From Lama guanicoe (Eukaryota), in assembly GCA_013239625.1 (NCBI GenBank), contig MU053432.1, positions 359,422 through 423,421 on the forward strand: DNA of 64,000 nucleotides, read 5' to 3'. Under the pieces are notes generated by a model. The model ran no database searches. It was not told the DNA's origin and worked only from the letters and a program-made list of their open reading frames with translations. Positions within the stretch are counted from its first letter, which is position 1, and the number at the start of each line of letters is the position of its first letter. The translations under genes were made by a program, and so were the position numbers. Below are positions 11,990 through 25,700 of the stretch, in pieces.

Positions 11990-12900
11990 GCCCCCGGCGG
12001 TTCCTTCCGCGCTTCCTGGCCCGGCGGGCCCGAGGCGGGGCGGGGCCGGGAGGAGGCGTTCCGGTCCCTCCCCGACCCCCACCCCTCCAACCCCCACCCC
12101 GAAAAGAGTGGAAGGAGAGTAGTGAGAAGGAAGAGGGGGGCGGTACCCAGATAAGCTGGGTGGTGCACCACCTTCAGGCCCCCACGCCCAGCCCTGTGGC
12201 TCCACCAAGAGAAATCTCGTGGTTTCAGTCAGAGAACTCAGGCGCCCGGGCTTGGGGCTGCGTGCGACATCAGATGCTCAACGTGACTTAAGAGTGAAGG
12301 CCGTGACGTCACCTCAAAAATGCTGACGGGCACCCTCGGGCCCCGGAGGGACCACGTGGCCCTCGTGGCCTCAGTTCCCCCGACCAGACCCGCCCCCAGC
12401 CGGGCCTGAGCTGGGCTGTTTACGATCCGCGGAGCCGGGGACGAGGGGGAAGGGCTGGGGGCTGGGGACTGGAAGCCTTCCCGGGGCCCAGAGTCCAGCT
12501 GCCACACGGGCCTCAGCCCGGTATGGTGTGTAGCCCCGGGGCCTCTTGCGTGCCGGGCTCTTTGGCCGCAGCTGCCCGGCATCCAAGCCGCGGGAAAAGA
12601 AAGCTTTATTAAGCAAGCTAGGAGGGGCGGGGAGAGGGGCGGGAGGAAGGTGGAGCGGCGGCCGCGGCCAGCTCCGAGCAGGAGGGGAGGAGAAAAGGAG
12701 GGAACTGGCCGGGGAGGGATCGAGGGAGCAGGCGGAATGTGGGAGGGCTCAAAGGGACGTGGGAGGAAGGAAAGGAGAGGGGGGAGGGAGGTGGGGGTCC
12801 AGTCTCTGTTGGCCGAGCACTTTTTTTGGAAGTCCTAGGACTGATCTCCAGGACCAGAACTCTTCTCCCAGCCCCTAGGGCCCCACTCAGCCAAAGGTAG
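11990..12900. promoter_or_regulatory. CpG-rich head-to-head DOK1/LOXL3 promoter region
   Basis: GC boxes next to the DOK1 start and a perfect CRE TGACGTCA at 12304-12311. Probable LOXL3 non-coding exon 1 ends at 12896 (ccaaag|gtaggg) and can splice to 14311 (cag|cccgtccctgccATG). Confidence 0.65.
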
Positions 12901-14322
12901 GGAGGGGGTGGGGCGGTGGTCACGCTGCCGGCAGCGAGAGGAAGGGGAGTTATGGATGGAGAGGATGGTGGAGGGACCAGGGAAAAGGGGTGATTTGGGA
13001 TAGGGTCAAAGGGAAGCCAACCTACTGAGGGTTTAATTATTGTCAAAGAAGAGTGAGACATGAGAACGGTAGAGAAAGGAAGCAGATATTGAGGGTTGGG
13101 GGCTGCAGGGTATTACAAATCGGGCAGCTGAGAAGGCCCTGAGGCTGAGGGCTCCTCTGTGAGGCCGTACCCCTGGGTCCCCAAGCCAAAATGTTCCCAG
13201 AACAAAGCTGTTCTGTTGGTTTGTTTGTCTGAGTTGGGGGAAGCATGTTGGGGGTGGGGTAGCTCACTGTAGAGGGGCTGTTCTCCGCCCCAGACAGTGG
13301 GAAGGCCTTGGCTAAGGAACTGATTGGTGCCCTGGCCTCCGGTAGCTCCGTGACAGTGATGGCGGTGTCGGCAGGAGGCTTGGACAGCCCCCCTTCCCCA
13401 CTTGAAGCCCGGCCCTCCTGGGCCCCTTGACCCTACAGGGCATGTAGGGTGTGCAGCGAGCTCCCCAATGCATTCCAGTCTCTGCCTTCTTTGCCTGGAA
13501 TCTACCCACAAAGGACTCTTGGCTTAGCTCCCATTAAGGGGAACCAAGATCCGAGGGGCTCCCTGAGTCCCTCCTTGCCTGCTTCTCTCCACAATCAGTA
13601 GCTATCTTTCCCCTTACTGGCTGAATGGGGTCATCTGGGTCCCTCCTGCCTCTGCCCCCTCTCTCCTGTCAGCCCCTCTCCTCACCTATTGTCTGCCTGT
13701 CTCAGTTGCTCCCCAATTCTGTGTGCAGGCTCTCTCCTGATCCCTTTCTATCCATCTTCAAATTGTCTCTCTCTCCACTGTCTCTATGTGGTCCCTTTCA
13801 TTCCCACAGTTTCCCTTCCTCTCACATCCTGTCTGTCTGGGTCTTCCTCTCCGTGCCTCTTGCTCAGTCTCTATCTCTTTATCTTAACCATTGTCTGACT
13901 CTTGGTCTCTAATCCCTGTCTTTTGATCACTGGGTCTTCTAGACTGGTGAGTGGGGATTTGGTGGTGATGATGGCAGAACTAGGGGAGGACACTGTGAGG
14001 CATAACAGCTAATAATCTGAGTTTATTCTTTGCAAAAGGGAGGGAGAGCCTCTCTATCTCTGTCTCTGTCTCCTCTTCCCCCCTCCCTAATCTGGGTCTC
14101 TCAGGCTGTGCCTCTTTGATTCTGCATTTCTGCTCTTATTTAGTGTGTGTTTCTTTCTCACTGTGTCTCTTAGTCCCTGGGTCCCTCTCTTTTTCCTCTG
14201 GTCTTAACCACTGTCCTTTTTCCTCTTGTGACCTCTCTCTCTCTCTCTCAGACCTGGGCCTGGCTCGATTCCAGCATCCCTCACATACTCTCTCTCTCTG
14301 GGGCACCCAGCCCGTCCCTGCC

Positions 14323-17300
14323 ATGTGGCCTGTCAGTGTCTGGCAGTGGAGCCCGTGGGGGCTGCTCCTCTTCCTGCTGTACAGCTTGTGTGTGGGATCT
14401 CCATCCCCATCCACGGCCCCCGAGAAGAAGGACGGGAGCCAGGGGCTGCGGTTCCGGCTGGCCGGCTTCCCCAGGAAGCCCTTCGAGGGCCGCGTGGAGA
14501 TACAGCGAGCTGGCGAATGGGGCACCATCTGCGATGATGACTTCACGCTGCAGGCTGCCCATGTCCTGTGCCGGGAGCTGGGCTTCACCGAGGCCACAGG
14601 CTGGACCCACAGCGCCAAATATGGCCCTGGAACAGGTGAGTGATGCTCCAGGCACAGCCTAGGTATTGCCGAATCGTAGCGAGAGGGGACACCAGGATAG
14701 CACAGCCACAGGGACACAGAACGCCAAGATCAGCCAGTGTCAAGTACACCCACGGAGGACAAACCAACCAGCAGTCACTTCTCAGAGCTGTATGAACTGA
14801 GGCTGTTCGGTGCCTTCTTCTGGACCTCAGATGCCCCACGTAGAAAATGACTAGATGATCTCTAAGTTCCTTTCTGCTGCAACAGCATGACTCCATAAAG
14901 TCACGTGTAAGGACAGCCCTGACACAGGTGATCCCTGTATGATTAAAGTACAGCTGGTTTCATGGGCAGCTGAAAGGGGGTAAATGATGTCTGGATGTCC
15001 CAAAGCCAGAACGGATCACAGACACTACAACCAACAAAAATCAGATTACAAGCCAGGGCTGAAACCTCAGGCTGGAACTTATGAAAGACAAGTACAAACT
15101 CTAGAACAAATATGAATGTCAGAGGAGGAAAGGTATAGCTCAGTGGTAGAGTGCATGTCTAGCATGCACAGGGTCCTGGGTTCAGTCCCCAGTACTCCTG
15201 TTTAAATAAATAAACCTAATTACCTGCCACCCTCCCCCAAAAAACAAATATGAATGTCAGTAGCAGGGGCATGGGGCAATTCTAACTGAGATTTCAGGGT
15301 GCTTGTACTATATGAGCTCACAGTGGGACTGAAGGGCAGAAGCTGGTGCAGTCTGCAGATGATCCTCCGAACCCACTGTCTAGGCCACTTCTAGAATGAG
15401 GTTTAGATGCCAGATTTTAAAAGAGACAGTAGAAAATGGAAAAACACTTTCAGAAGGGAGCTGCCCAGATGTGAAAGGTTGGAAATCAAGTTTCAGGGAG
15501 GAAAAGCTGGAAAAACCAGGGATATTTGGCATGAAAAGAAAAAGCTCTGGATAACAAGTACATGATAGTTGTCTTCAAATGTGAGGACAGTCATTCGACT
15601 GAGGGATTTTTCTGCATGGCATCAAAAGACTGAATCAGACCTGGTGGGGGAAAGTCATAGAGTCACAAGGACTTTGCAATGGTTCCAGCAGCCTGGTGGG
15701 GCAGGAGTAGGTGTCCCAGCAGATGCTGGATAAGTTCTGTCAGGATGTACATGAAGGGTCCCTGCATATTGGCTGGGACCAGCATTTAAGGGGCAACATG
15801 GTGGCACAGACAGGGCAGGCGCATGGGAGAATGTGAGGCTGAGGTGAAAGGATCTTAGATTTCCAAATCTCACAAATGGCTCAAACCCCTAAGACCCCAT
15901 GTATTGGCTGTGTGGTCTTAGGCAAGTTATTTAACTTCTCTGAACCCCAATTTCTTTATACAAAATGGTGATAATACCTTCTGACACTTCTGTTCTAAGG
16001 ATGATCATGTATGGGTAGACCCTGGCAGAGCACCTAACACACAGTAGGTACTCAATTAATTGCAGCTATCATTGAATGGGTATGGACTGATCATAACTTC
16101 AGTGTTGACTCTTGGCTTTTTATTCACCCTATCAAATTCTTGAGTATCCCCCGATCACTACCAACCCTCCCTCAATCCTTATGCTCCCTTTCCTATTCCT
16201 TCTAGGGTCCCCTGTCCCTTCTCCACCCATTATCTCACCAGAAAAAAATGGGATCATCATGGCCAGGTGTGAGGCCTCGGTACTCACGGTCACCAACATC
16301 CATATCACTTCCCTCATGCTACCTCCCCAAGCCTCTATCCCCTCATCTGCCCCCTCCACAGGCCGCATCTGGCTGGACAACCTGAGCTGCAGTGGGACTG
16401 AGCGGAGTGTGACTGAATGTGCCTCCCGGGGCTGGGGGAACAGTGACTGTACCCACGATGAGGACGCCGGGGTAATTTGCAAGGACGAGCGCCTCCCCGG
16501 CTTCTCGGATTCCAATGTCATTGAGGTCTGTAACTCACAAACACACACACCACCCAGGGTGGTGAGACAAAGAGGGCTGTGGGGTGGTTATATGTGGTTA
16601 GATGAGATAGTAGAAGGTAGGGGGTCATCACATATGCCCAGTGGGGTCATTTGGGTTGATGGGATGCTTGCAGGGGCAAAATGATGGAGCTCCAAGACAC
16701 CGTAAAGCTCAGTTCTGTTTTAGCATTAGTGTTCAAGTTGCAAGGCTTGGCATAAGCCTCTGCAACTTCATCTCTGGTCTCCAGGGCATCCTGTGCCCTC
16801 CCTCACCTCAGATGTTCCTGCTCTCCTGGAACATCTCCCTTCTTACTTTTCCCCCTGCCTTCAATGCCACTTCCTCTGTGAAGTGCTCCCTCAGGCTCCC
16901 AGGCAGAGTTAGATGCTCCTTCCTCAGCTTCTTCAGGACCCTTAGTTATTTCTCAGAGCACAGCATGTCCTTCCACTCTCCTGACTGCAGGAGAGTTCAC
17001 ACACCCACACACCCCAATCAATACCTCTTAGAGGGCAGGCATGCCTCTCAGCCCCCTCTCAGCCTGGACCGCTGGCTTTACAGCAAGCATACTCAATCAG
17101 GGTTCTTTAAGGGTGACAGGATATATGAAAGGTGCTACTGGGGATTCCTTCCTTTGCTTGTGGTCCCATCCCCAGGTAGAGCATCACCTGCAAGTGGAGG
17201 AGGTGCGACTTCGACCAGCGGTAGGGCGGGGCAGACGGCCCCTGCCCGTGACTGAGGGACTGGTCGAAGTCAGGCTTCCAGACGGCTGGTCCCAAGTGTG

Positions 17301-19748
17301 TGACAAAGGCTGGAGTGCCCACAACAGCCACGTGGTCTGCGGGATGCTGGGCTTCCCTAACGAAAAGAGAGTCAACGTGGCCTTCTACAGGTGAAGGACA
17401 CGGGCGCTGAGTGGAGCGGACTGGGGTTGAAGGGTGCTTACTAAGGAATGGGGTTGAGAGACCTCCGAGAGGATTTGGGGCACTGGGAGAACCCGGGGCT
17501 GTGGAATAGTGGGAAGATACGGAGGCCTCTGCGAAACTGGAAAGTTGAGAAACCTTGTAGGACCATGAAGAGGTCCCCGAGGCAGGTCTAACACGGGACC
17601 AGTAAAGCTCTTGTGGCCGGAGCCAGGGCGGGGCGAGCGGCGGCTGGTGGCGCGCCAGTGTCCTAGACGCCAACGATCGGCAGGCGGCGTCTCGGGCGAG
17701 CGCGGGTCCTTGCCAGGCCCCGCCCGGCCCCGCCAGACCCCGCCCAGCCCCGCCAGGCCGCGCCCGGTAGCCGGCCGGCTGGAGATTGAGGTTGAGGTTG
17801 CGGCGCCGGCGCAGCCCGGGAGCCTGTGGGTTGGAGTTGGGGGAGGTCCGGGCGCGGCTGGGCTCCGGGAGTCCGACAGTGACAGGCTGGGGGCGCACGC
17901 GGGGCGGCGTGTCCCCGCCGGAGCGCCAAAACCTGAAAGGCCGGAGGGCGCCGGCAGAGGCCGCGCCCCGCCCTGGGTTCAGGCCGCCCACGAGGCGCGT
18001 TGGTGAGTGCGCGAGCCCTCAGGACTCCTAGGATACTTCGGCCCAGGCCCTCTCCACCTGCCCTGGAGCCCTGGTGTACGCGCCGGCTTCGGCTTCGGGG
18101 GAAGGAATCACACTGCTGAACGGCCCTGTGCTTACAGCGTCTTGCTTCCCTGGAGAATCTAACTTGGTCATTTTGAGAAAATCGGAAATCTCTCTGTAAT
18201 CTAAACACTTATTTTCTTCAGCTCTTCCTTAAATCAGTTCCTCAGAAAGACCTCTTGACATCCGGGTAGCCTTCCACTGGGCACACTACTTCAGATGGGT
18301 CTGATCAGGGCAGGGTACAGCGAAAACACTCATCTTTAATGACAGCATGTCTAGACTTTGCATTGCCTTTCTGTTGAGGCAGCAGCCCACTCATGTTGAC
18401 CTTGTGACCACCTAAATCCAAGTCTTTCCTCATTCTTGATGCTGATGGACCAGCCTGTCTGAACCTAAATCTGTTGAGTTTAACCTATTAAATTAGTTTG
18501 ATATATCATTTAAAAGCCACTAAAACACCATGATGATCCCATGAGATTATCTTGAATCTTGACCTCGTTTTTACATTTTGTCATCCCTCCCGGCCTCCTC
18601 TGTTCAATAGATGTGATAGCTATGCCTTCTGATCCAAAGGACTATTAAAATTTTTGAAATGTTTGGAACCAAAGTCCAACTCTTTCTATGAATCCTGCAG
18701 ATTTACATCAAACCTTCAAGCATTAGTTGTGAAACTTTTTTTTCCAACCAGTTGGGAACAAACTGAACACTACAATGAGGTAGCCAAAATTTCACCATCT
18801 TATCTATAATTATGTATAGAAATCATGGGAGCTTTTGTTAGTCTTTGCCAAAATCCAGTTACACTATGTTCACAGCCATTCTGCCACCTTCTAATTTAGT
18901 AATCTTATCAAAAAAGGAAATCATGGTGGTATGACTGAGCTAATTTTTACTGAAATGCTTTTAGATTTCTAAGGATCACCATATTTTTTTTTCTTCGATG
19001 CTCACAAACTTTCTACTTAATAACTTATTCTAGAATTAGTAATTATCTGTAGATTGAGAAATCCTTTTCCTTCTTTTTAGAAGTCAGTATATTATCCAAC
19101 CTCTAGTCTTCTCCATACTTGCTTACATTTTCCTTGCCTTATCTGTGAGACACATGTGAAAGTTCTTTGAGTCCCAGGGAACATACTTTATCTGGTATAG
19201 AGACTCAAACGGCTTTTAAATATCTCTCTGCTCTGTTCCTTTACTGTTATCTATCTTGGGGCTATATTTCTTCCCCTGTCTATGTTCTTTACCTTTTCTA
19301 ATCCAGACACCAGGTTCTGAAAGATGAGTACGATTTAAATAGAAGGCATTTCAAGTGAAAAGAGTAGCATGAACAAAAGTGTGGAGATTCACTTATTCTC
19401 TGTTTATTTACTGAGTGCCTACTGTGTGCCAGGGATTATTGTAGACACTAGGGATTCAACAATGAACAAAGCAAACGAAAAGCCCTGTTCTCATGGACTA
19501 GAGAAGAATCAAAATAAGTAAAATCACAAAATGTAAAGATGGCAAAGAATGTAATAGACAGAAATAAAGCAGGAAGGGGATGGGAAGTGGGGCCAGCATT
19601 ACACAGGTTTAAATAGGTCAGAGGAGGCTGCTTTGAGAAGGCATCATTTGAGAAAAGATTTAAGGAGGTGAGGGGCACAAGCTTTGCAAAAACCTAGAGG
19701 AGCATTTCTAGGAAGAGGCACCAGAAATGAGAAGCCCCTGAAGAGTGT

Positions 19749-19784
<36 letters not shown>

Positions 19785-22700
19785 TGTGTATCAGGGCAGT
19801 GGGGTGAGGAGGTGGGGAGGGATGATTTTTATCATGCTCCAGGAGGCCGTTGGGGCTGGAGCTGAGTGAATAAGGGAAAAAATGATAGGAGATGTGATGT
19901 AGGAGGAGACAGGAAAAGAATGGGGAGCCAGACCCTGTAGGGCCACTTGAGAGACTGGTTTTTCACTCTGTGCTAAATAAGGTTTTGAGCAGAGGTGTGA
20001 CATCTGACTTCCCCTTTTTTAAAGTATTATTTGGGCTGGTTTGTTAAGAATAGCTTCAAGGGATGCCATATAATCAAGGAGGCAGGGAGATAGTGAGGAG
20101 GTTACTGTCTCCTGAAGGCCAAGTAAAGAAAGTGACAGGTGATGGTGACCAGTGAAAGTGGTGAAAAATGATCCAATTCTGTGTCAAAGGTAGAGTTAAA
20201 GGTAGCGTCAACAGGACTTGCTGATGGATTCAGTGTGGTGTGATGGAAGAAGAGGAATTAAGGATCATTCCAAGGGTTTTGGCCCGAGCTAGGTACAGAG
20301 GTGGCTTCATTTGATAAGGAAGACAGTAAGTGGGGAGGGTGTAGCTCAAGTGGTAGGTTGCATGCTTAGCATGCACAGGGTCCTGGGTTCAATCCCTACT
20401 ACCTATTCCAAAAATTAATAAACCTAATTACCTCCCCTCACCAAAAAAAAAAAAGAAGAAGAATAAGATGAAAAAGATAAGGAAGACAATGTGTGGGGAT
20501 GGGAGAGTGGGGGTTAAATTTGAGGTACTTTACGACATTGAAATGGTGAGGCTGAGTAGGCAGTTGGGTATATGACTCTAGAATTCAATTGAATACAAGT
20601 ATTTAAAGCTCAGAAACTGGACAACATCACCAACGGAGTGAGTGTAAATAGGAAAAAAGAGGTCCAGGCACTGGACCTTGGGGAGCTTAAATATTATGAG
20701 GTCAGGAAGATAAGGCAAAATGCAAGCAGTGAGGTGAAGTAGAAAGAAGAGTGTGGCGGCCTGGAAGCCAAGTAAAGTGCTTCATGGAGGAGAGGGCTGA
20801 CCTGAGTCAGCACCGCTGATCGGTCTAAACATATGAGGACTGAAAAACCAGCACTGGATGTAGCAACATGGAAGTCATTTTTGACCCCGACAGAGATGAA
20901 AATGGATATATTTGAAAGACAGGTGACTAGAGTAGGTTTGTGCTGAGGAATAATGGAAGATCTGAATGGATAAAGTAAGGCTACAAAATGGGACAGTTTT
21001 AATGCCAGATTGGAGAGTTTTACCTTTATTTTGTGGAAAATTTTAAAAATCAAAATATTTGTATGGGACAGTGATAAAATAAGGCCAGCGTTTTCTAAAG
21101 TTTTCCTGATGGTAGTGAATTAGAAGAGGTGCTTGATGCAGTGAGACTACTTAGGAGTTATCAAAATGAAGCCGATTAGGAGGGTGACAACAAGGAGAGA
21201 GGGAAATGAAGAGATGCAGGATGACTGATGGAATACAGGAAATAAGAGAAGCGATAACTCAAATGATTCTGAAGGGAGAGGGGAGGATGGTGCCCATCAA
21301 GCATCTCTGGACTTCAAGTTCATACAAATTAACTTTAGAATTGGGCCATCCCTGGGAATTCTGAGACCCAGGAATTGTCCCTAAGTATGCACAGCTTTGA
21401 GTAATTTTCAGGAATCAGGAACATTTGTGTACATACTGGAATCTCTTACTGAGTCTGGGATATGAAGGCTGGAGAAGGGGATAAACTAAATCCACAGGTC
21501 ATTCTTAGTGGGGAAGGAGATTACAGGAGTCCTGGGAGATTCTGTGATGAGGAATGACATAGAGACTCTTTCACAGGTCAGGTCAGACAGGGAGAATCCT
21601 CACAGCTAATACAATGATAAAGGCTAGGCAAGATCGTTAAAAAAAAAACAGCTCCATATGCCTTAGAGAAAGAAGACGCATGTGCTAGCTTTTAGAGAAG
21701 TTGATAGGATTTGGGGAATAAGGAAATCGGAATATGATATATTTACCATTTTTAAATTTGGTTTGGTGGTTCCACCCTAGAATATGTGAAAGTTGTAGAA
21801 TTTTACAAGAGGAAAAGAATGTGTAGATAATTGAACCATTTACTGCCCTTTTGCTGGCAAAGAAATTGGGGTTTGAGGAGCTTAAGGGCTGTTTAAGAGG
21901 TCACTCTTCTAGTTCATTTCCGTTTGACAGATATTTATTGAACTCCTACTATTTGCCAAGCACTGTGCAAGGTGCTGAGAATACAGAGGTGATGAGAGAG
22001 GTAATTAGGCACCAGATCATAGAAGACCTTATAGGCTATGGTAAGGATTTAGATCTTTATGATACAAGAAATTGGAAATCATTGAGGTGTTTTTATGAGA
22101 GGACATGACCAGGCTTGTAGCTCCAAGAGATCACTTTGTCTGCATTTCTGATAATGGTTTAGAGGAGAGCAAGAGTGAATGGATTAGACAGACCTTTAGG
22201 AAGTAACACTGACAGGACTTGGTTATGGATTGACTTTGGGAGCCAAAGAAGAGAGAAGTGTTAAGGTTGACTCCTTGGTTTCTGGAGTAGATTTTGCTGA
22301 ATTATGAGGTTTTTTTTTTTTTGGACCCACATTACATTTTAGATAACTTTAAGATATCTAAGTAGAAATATCAAGAAGCAATGGAATATACAAGGTTAGT
22401 TGTGAATGAAAACATATAGAGAGGCTATGGAATGAGAAGAGAAGAAAGCCTCAGACAGCGCTCCCAAAATTTAAATGACTAGACAGAGGAGGAGCCTGCA
22501 AAGAAGACCAAGAAAGAACAACCAGAATTAGAAATCAAACCAGGCTTGTAGGGTTGTGACAGCCCAGGAGGGAGAGAGAGAGAACAGGAGTGTCAGATGC
22601 CACCAAGAATCAATAGGATGAGGTGGGGAGGGTATAGCTCAAGTGGTAGAGCACATGCTTAGCATGCATGAGGTCCTGGGTTCAATTCCCAGTACTTCTA

Positions 22701-25700
22701 TTGAAAAACCAAATAAATAAATAAACCTAATTATCTTCCCTCTGCGGAAAAGAAGAAAAAAAAAGAATCAATAGGATGAAGACTAAAAAAGTGTCTATCT
22801 GATGTATTGTTGCAGAGTGAAGGGTGGGGAAAAACCAGAAAGGAGATGGTTAAAGAATGAGTGGGGAGAGAAGGTATTGAAATGATGAGTGTTGACAACC
22901 ACTGAAAAGTTTCTCTATGAAGAGGGAGAAAGATGTGGTGTGTGTGCGAAAGAGAGAGGGAGACTTGAACTTGTTTAAAAGTATTCAATTGAGTAGGAGG
23001 GGTTATGTGCAACTTCTCGATTGAGGAGAGAAAGGATCATAGCGGAAGGAATTCAGAAGTGTTTGGAGGCTGTGGCCTTGGATTAGAGAATGTGGAATGT
23101 AGGCAGGTTTTTATGTTTGATGGTTGAAGGAATAAATGATAGGGAAAACAAACACATCTGTGAATGAAGAAATGTGAGTCAAGACAAGCATAAGTACTGG
23201 TCCTAGGTAAGTACCAGGTCCTTAATATAACCTATATTATATCTTATAATATGTATATAATTATATATACCATATAATATATAATATAAAGACATTATAA
23301 GATCCTTAAATAACTAGAGGAGTACCACTTCTAAGTTTCGAGATCACACTGCATTTTTCTGAGTACTACTCTGCAGATCAAGAGGACCTCTCTGGGTTAC
23401 TGGTGGAAGAAAGTTCCAAGTATATTTCATTTTAGACATGTTCGAGAAAAAGACGTTTGGAGAAAAAGTTTCACACTATGCTTATGGTGAAAGGGTCTAA
23501 AGTTTCAGTAGTGCCTCAGGAAAGGGACCTGAGAGTTATGTAGACTCTTTACTGGGAATGCTGGACATGTTGCATGTTTTTGCGAAAAACCAACTAAGCA
23601 TATCGTCAGGAAGAAGCCAGGGCGGGAAATGCCAAGCAGCTTCAGCCCCGTTTAAAGTCTATATGTTAAAATCCTAGCCCATCTGCACGTAGTATACTCA
23701 GTCCAAAGGTGACTCTTCAGGAGAAACAGCAGGGCAGGAAAGTGTTCAAAGAAAGGATAACTCAGAGAATAACAGGGAATTCCCTAAGTTTATGAGGACA
23801 GACAGGCAAGACCTGCATTCATCCATGCATAGTTGAACAGGGAAACTAGGGAGCAAAATTGAAGCCTTTGAAATCAAAGGGAGGGGGAGGGTGTAGCTCA
23901 AGTGGTAGAGCGCATGTTTAGCAATAACAAGGTCCTGGGTTCAATCCCCAGTCCCTCCTCCAAAAATAAATAAACCTAATTACCTCCCCTCCCCCACCAA
24001 AAAAGTTAATAATGCAATAATACATACATAAAATATTTTTAAAAATAAAAAAATATGAAGTCAAAAGGAGAATGAGAGGAGAAACAGACCCAGGTTCCAT
24101 ACATTAGACTTAAGGCAACCTCTTGAGGAATAAAATAAGTCAAATATTAAGGCCAATTAAAAATAAATAAGGCTTAGAATTTATTTCCCCGGAAGTAAGT
24201 TGGGGAGATGAGCTCAGCTTAGAATGACTAAAGCATATGGGGTTTAACTTAGGCAAGAAGGGTGCTGTCATCCTGGGCAGGCTGGCCTCATGCTCCCCAG
24301 CCAGGCCAAGTTAGCGTCCCTTGGTCCTGGTTCCCTGGCCCCAGGCCTGGACATGCCAGAAGCCGGAGAACATCCAAGAGAAAAAGACACAGTCAGCCTC
24401 CCTGGGCGTTACCAGGCCAGTTCTCTTTCCTCGCCTGGTCGGTCTGGTGATCCCAACACCCTTCTGCTACGCCCTTCCCCCTGCCCTCCCCTCGGGTTTA
24501 GATCAGCCCTTATTCCCCATCTGCCTTGGCCTGATTTCTGTGGGTCCTGATATAGTGTCTTTATCGGTCTGAGGCCACGTTCTTCACTGCTGCTCACCCG
24601 GCTGGCCGTGTGCTTATAAGGCCAAACAGCTGTGCAGGGTGGAGCCTTGGGTGGATCTCGTGTCATCCTGCCACAAGGAACCCTTCTGACCGTTTGAAAA
24701 GAAATCTTGCCCCTGGTCCCAGTGGCACCAGTTCCTTCCACTTGGTTCTAGACTGACCCTGTCTCTGCTATTGTCTTATCCTCACAGAAAGTTGAGGAAG
24801 CGAGCGGCCAAAACCTCGGCCCGACGCTCCAAGCCCCTTGGAAGGTAATGGGGCAAGAGCCCCGGGACCTCCTGCTCACCACGGTGGCCCCAGGAGGTGG
24901 ATGGATGGATGGAAGGCAGCCTATCCATGTCCATCCCAGAACCCAAGCCCATGAATTAGGGCTACGACTGGGAAATGGCCATTCCAGCAGGGAGGGGAGG
25001 GGAGGCAGGCATGGGGATGGGTAAGCTTTGATCTTAGGAAGCACAAGGAGGAAATAATGTCGGAATGTCTGAGGAGGAGCCCCTGCATCTTTATACTTCC
25101 CCCAGATAGCTTGGACTCCAGCCTCAGCCACCTGCATGCTTCCTCCTTCGCCCGCCTACTCCTGACCTCCCTTAATTCACCTACGTTCCCATTCTTTCTC
25201 CTCCCACTACTATTTCTCTATCTCGTTTCCCCTCATCACCTGGATTGACATACTAGACTTCTCATCACTGTTGCTAAATCCAGAGAGCGGCACAAGTTCC
25301 CAAAATACACTCAAGTGGTATGCAGCATCAGTGTCTGTGGACACCCTGACCACCTTCGCTTTACCGCTTCCCATGCTCTGCATGAAGGGGCCTTCCTAGA
25401 AACAGAGAAAAAGAAAGAAAGAACCCCCTACCTTTCCTGGTAGTGTAACTGACCGCTGCCTCCACTAACTTCTTTCTCCTTTTTTCAGACAAGTCACCAA
25501 GCTTAAAGTCAAACCCAAACCCCGAGTGGGCAGGGGGCCAGTCAAGAGGTAAACAAAGTTCAGGCTGGGTGGAGAGGAGAGGGGTGCCAAGTGGTGAGTC
25601 GGGGGCATCGGTTTGTGGTGAGGAAGGGGTCCAGAGAGGCCTCTGCCAAGAGGTGGGGGAGCAGCAGCAAGGATTACAAGCCACCTTCCAGATGGTTCCC

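Larger units (their letters stand above)
19390..20940 (-). mobile_element. L2 LINE fragments (interrupted by a microsatellite and a SINE)
   Basis: tatttactgagtgcctactgtgtgccaggg L2 tail followed by purine-rich antisense L2 body. Boundaries approximate. Confidence 0.7.

Noticed and set aside
15123..15200. Possible tRNA genes (also at 1377, 20331, 22622, 23884 and 40545)
   Set aside because: They have A-rich tails and TSDs and differ from one another at stem positions, so they are SINEs.
17107..18208. 294-aa and 181-aa minus-strand ORFs
   Set aside because: Stop-poor CpG island plus the antisense of LOXL3 exon 4, low-complexity Arg/Pro/Gly.
23221..23310. AT-rich quasi-repetitive block
   Set aside because: Low-complexity (TA)-rich sequence with no repeat-spacer structure or other organisation.
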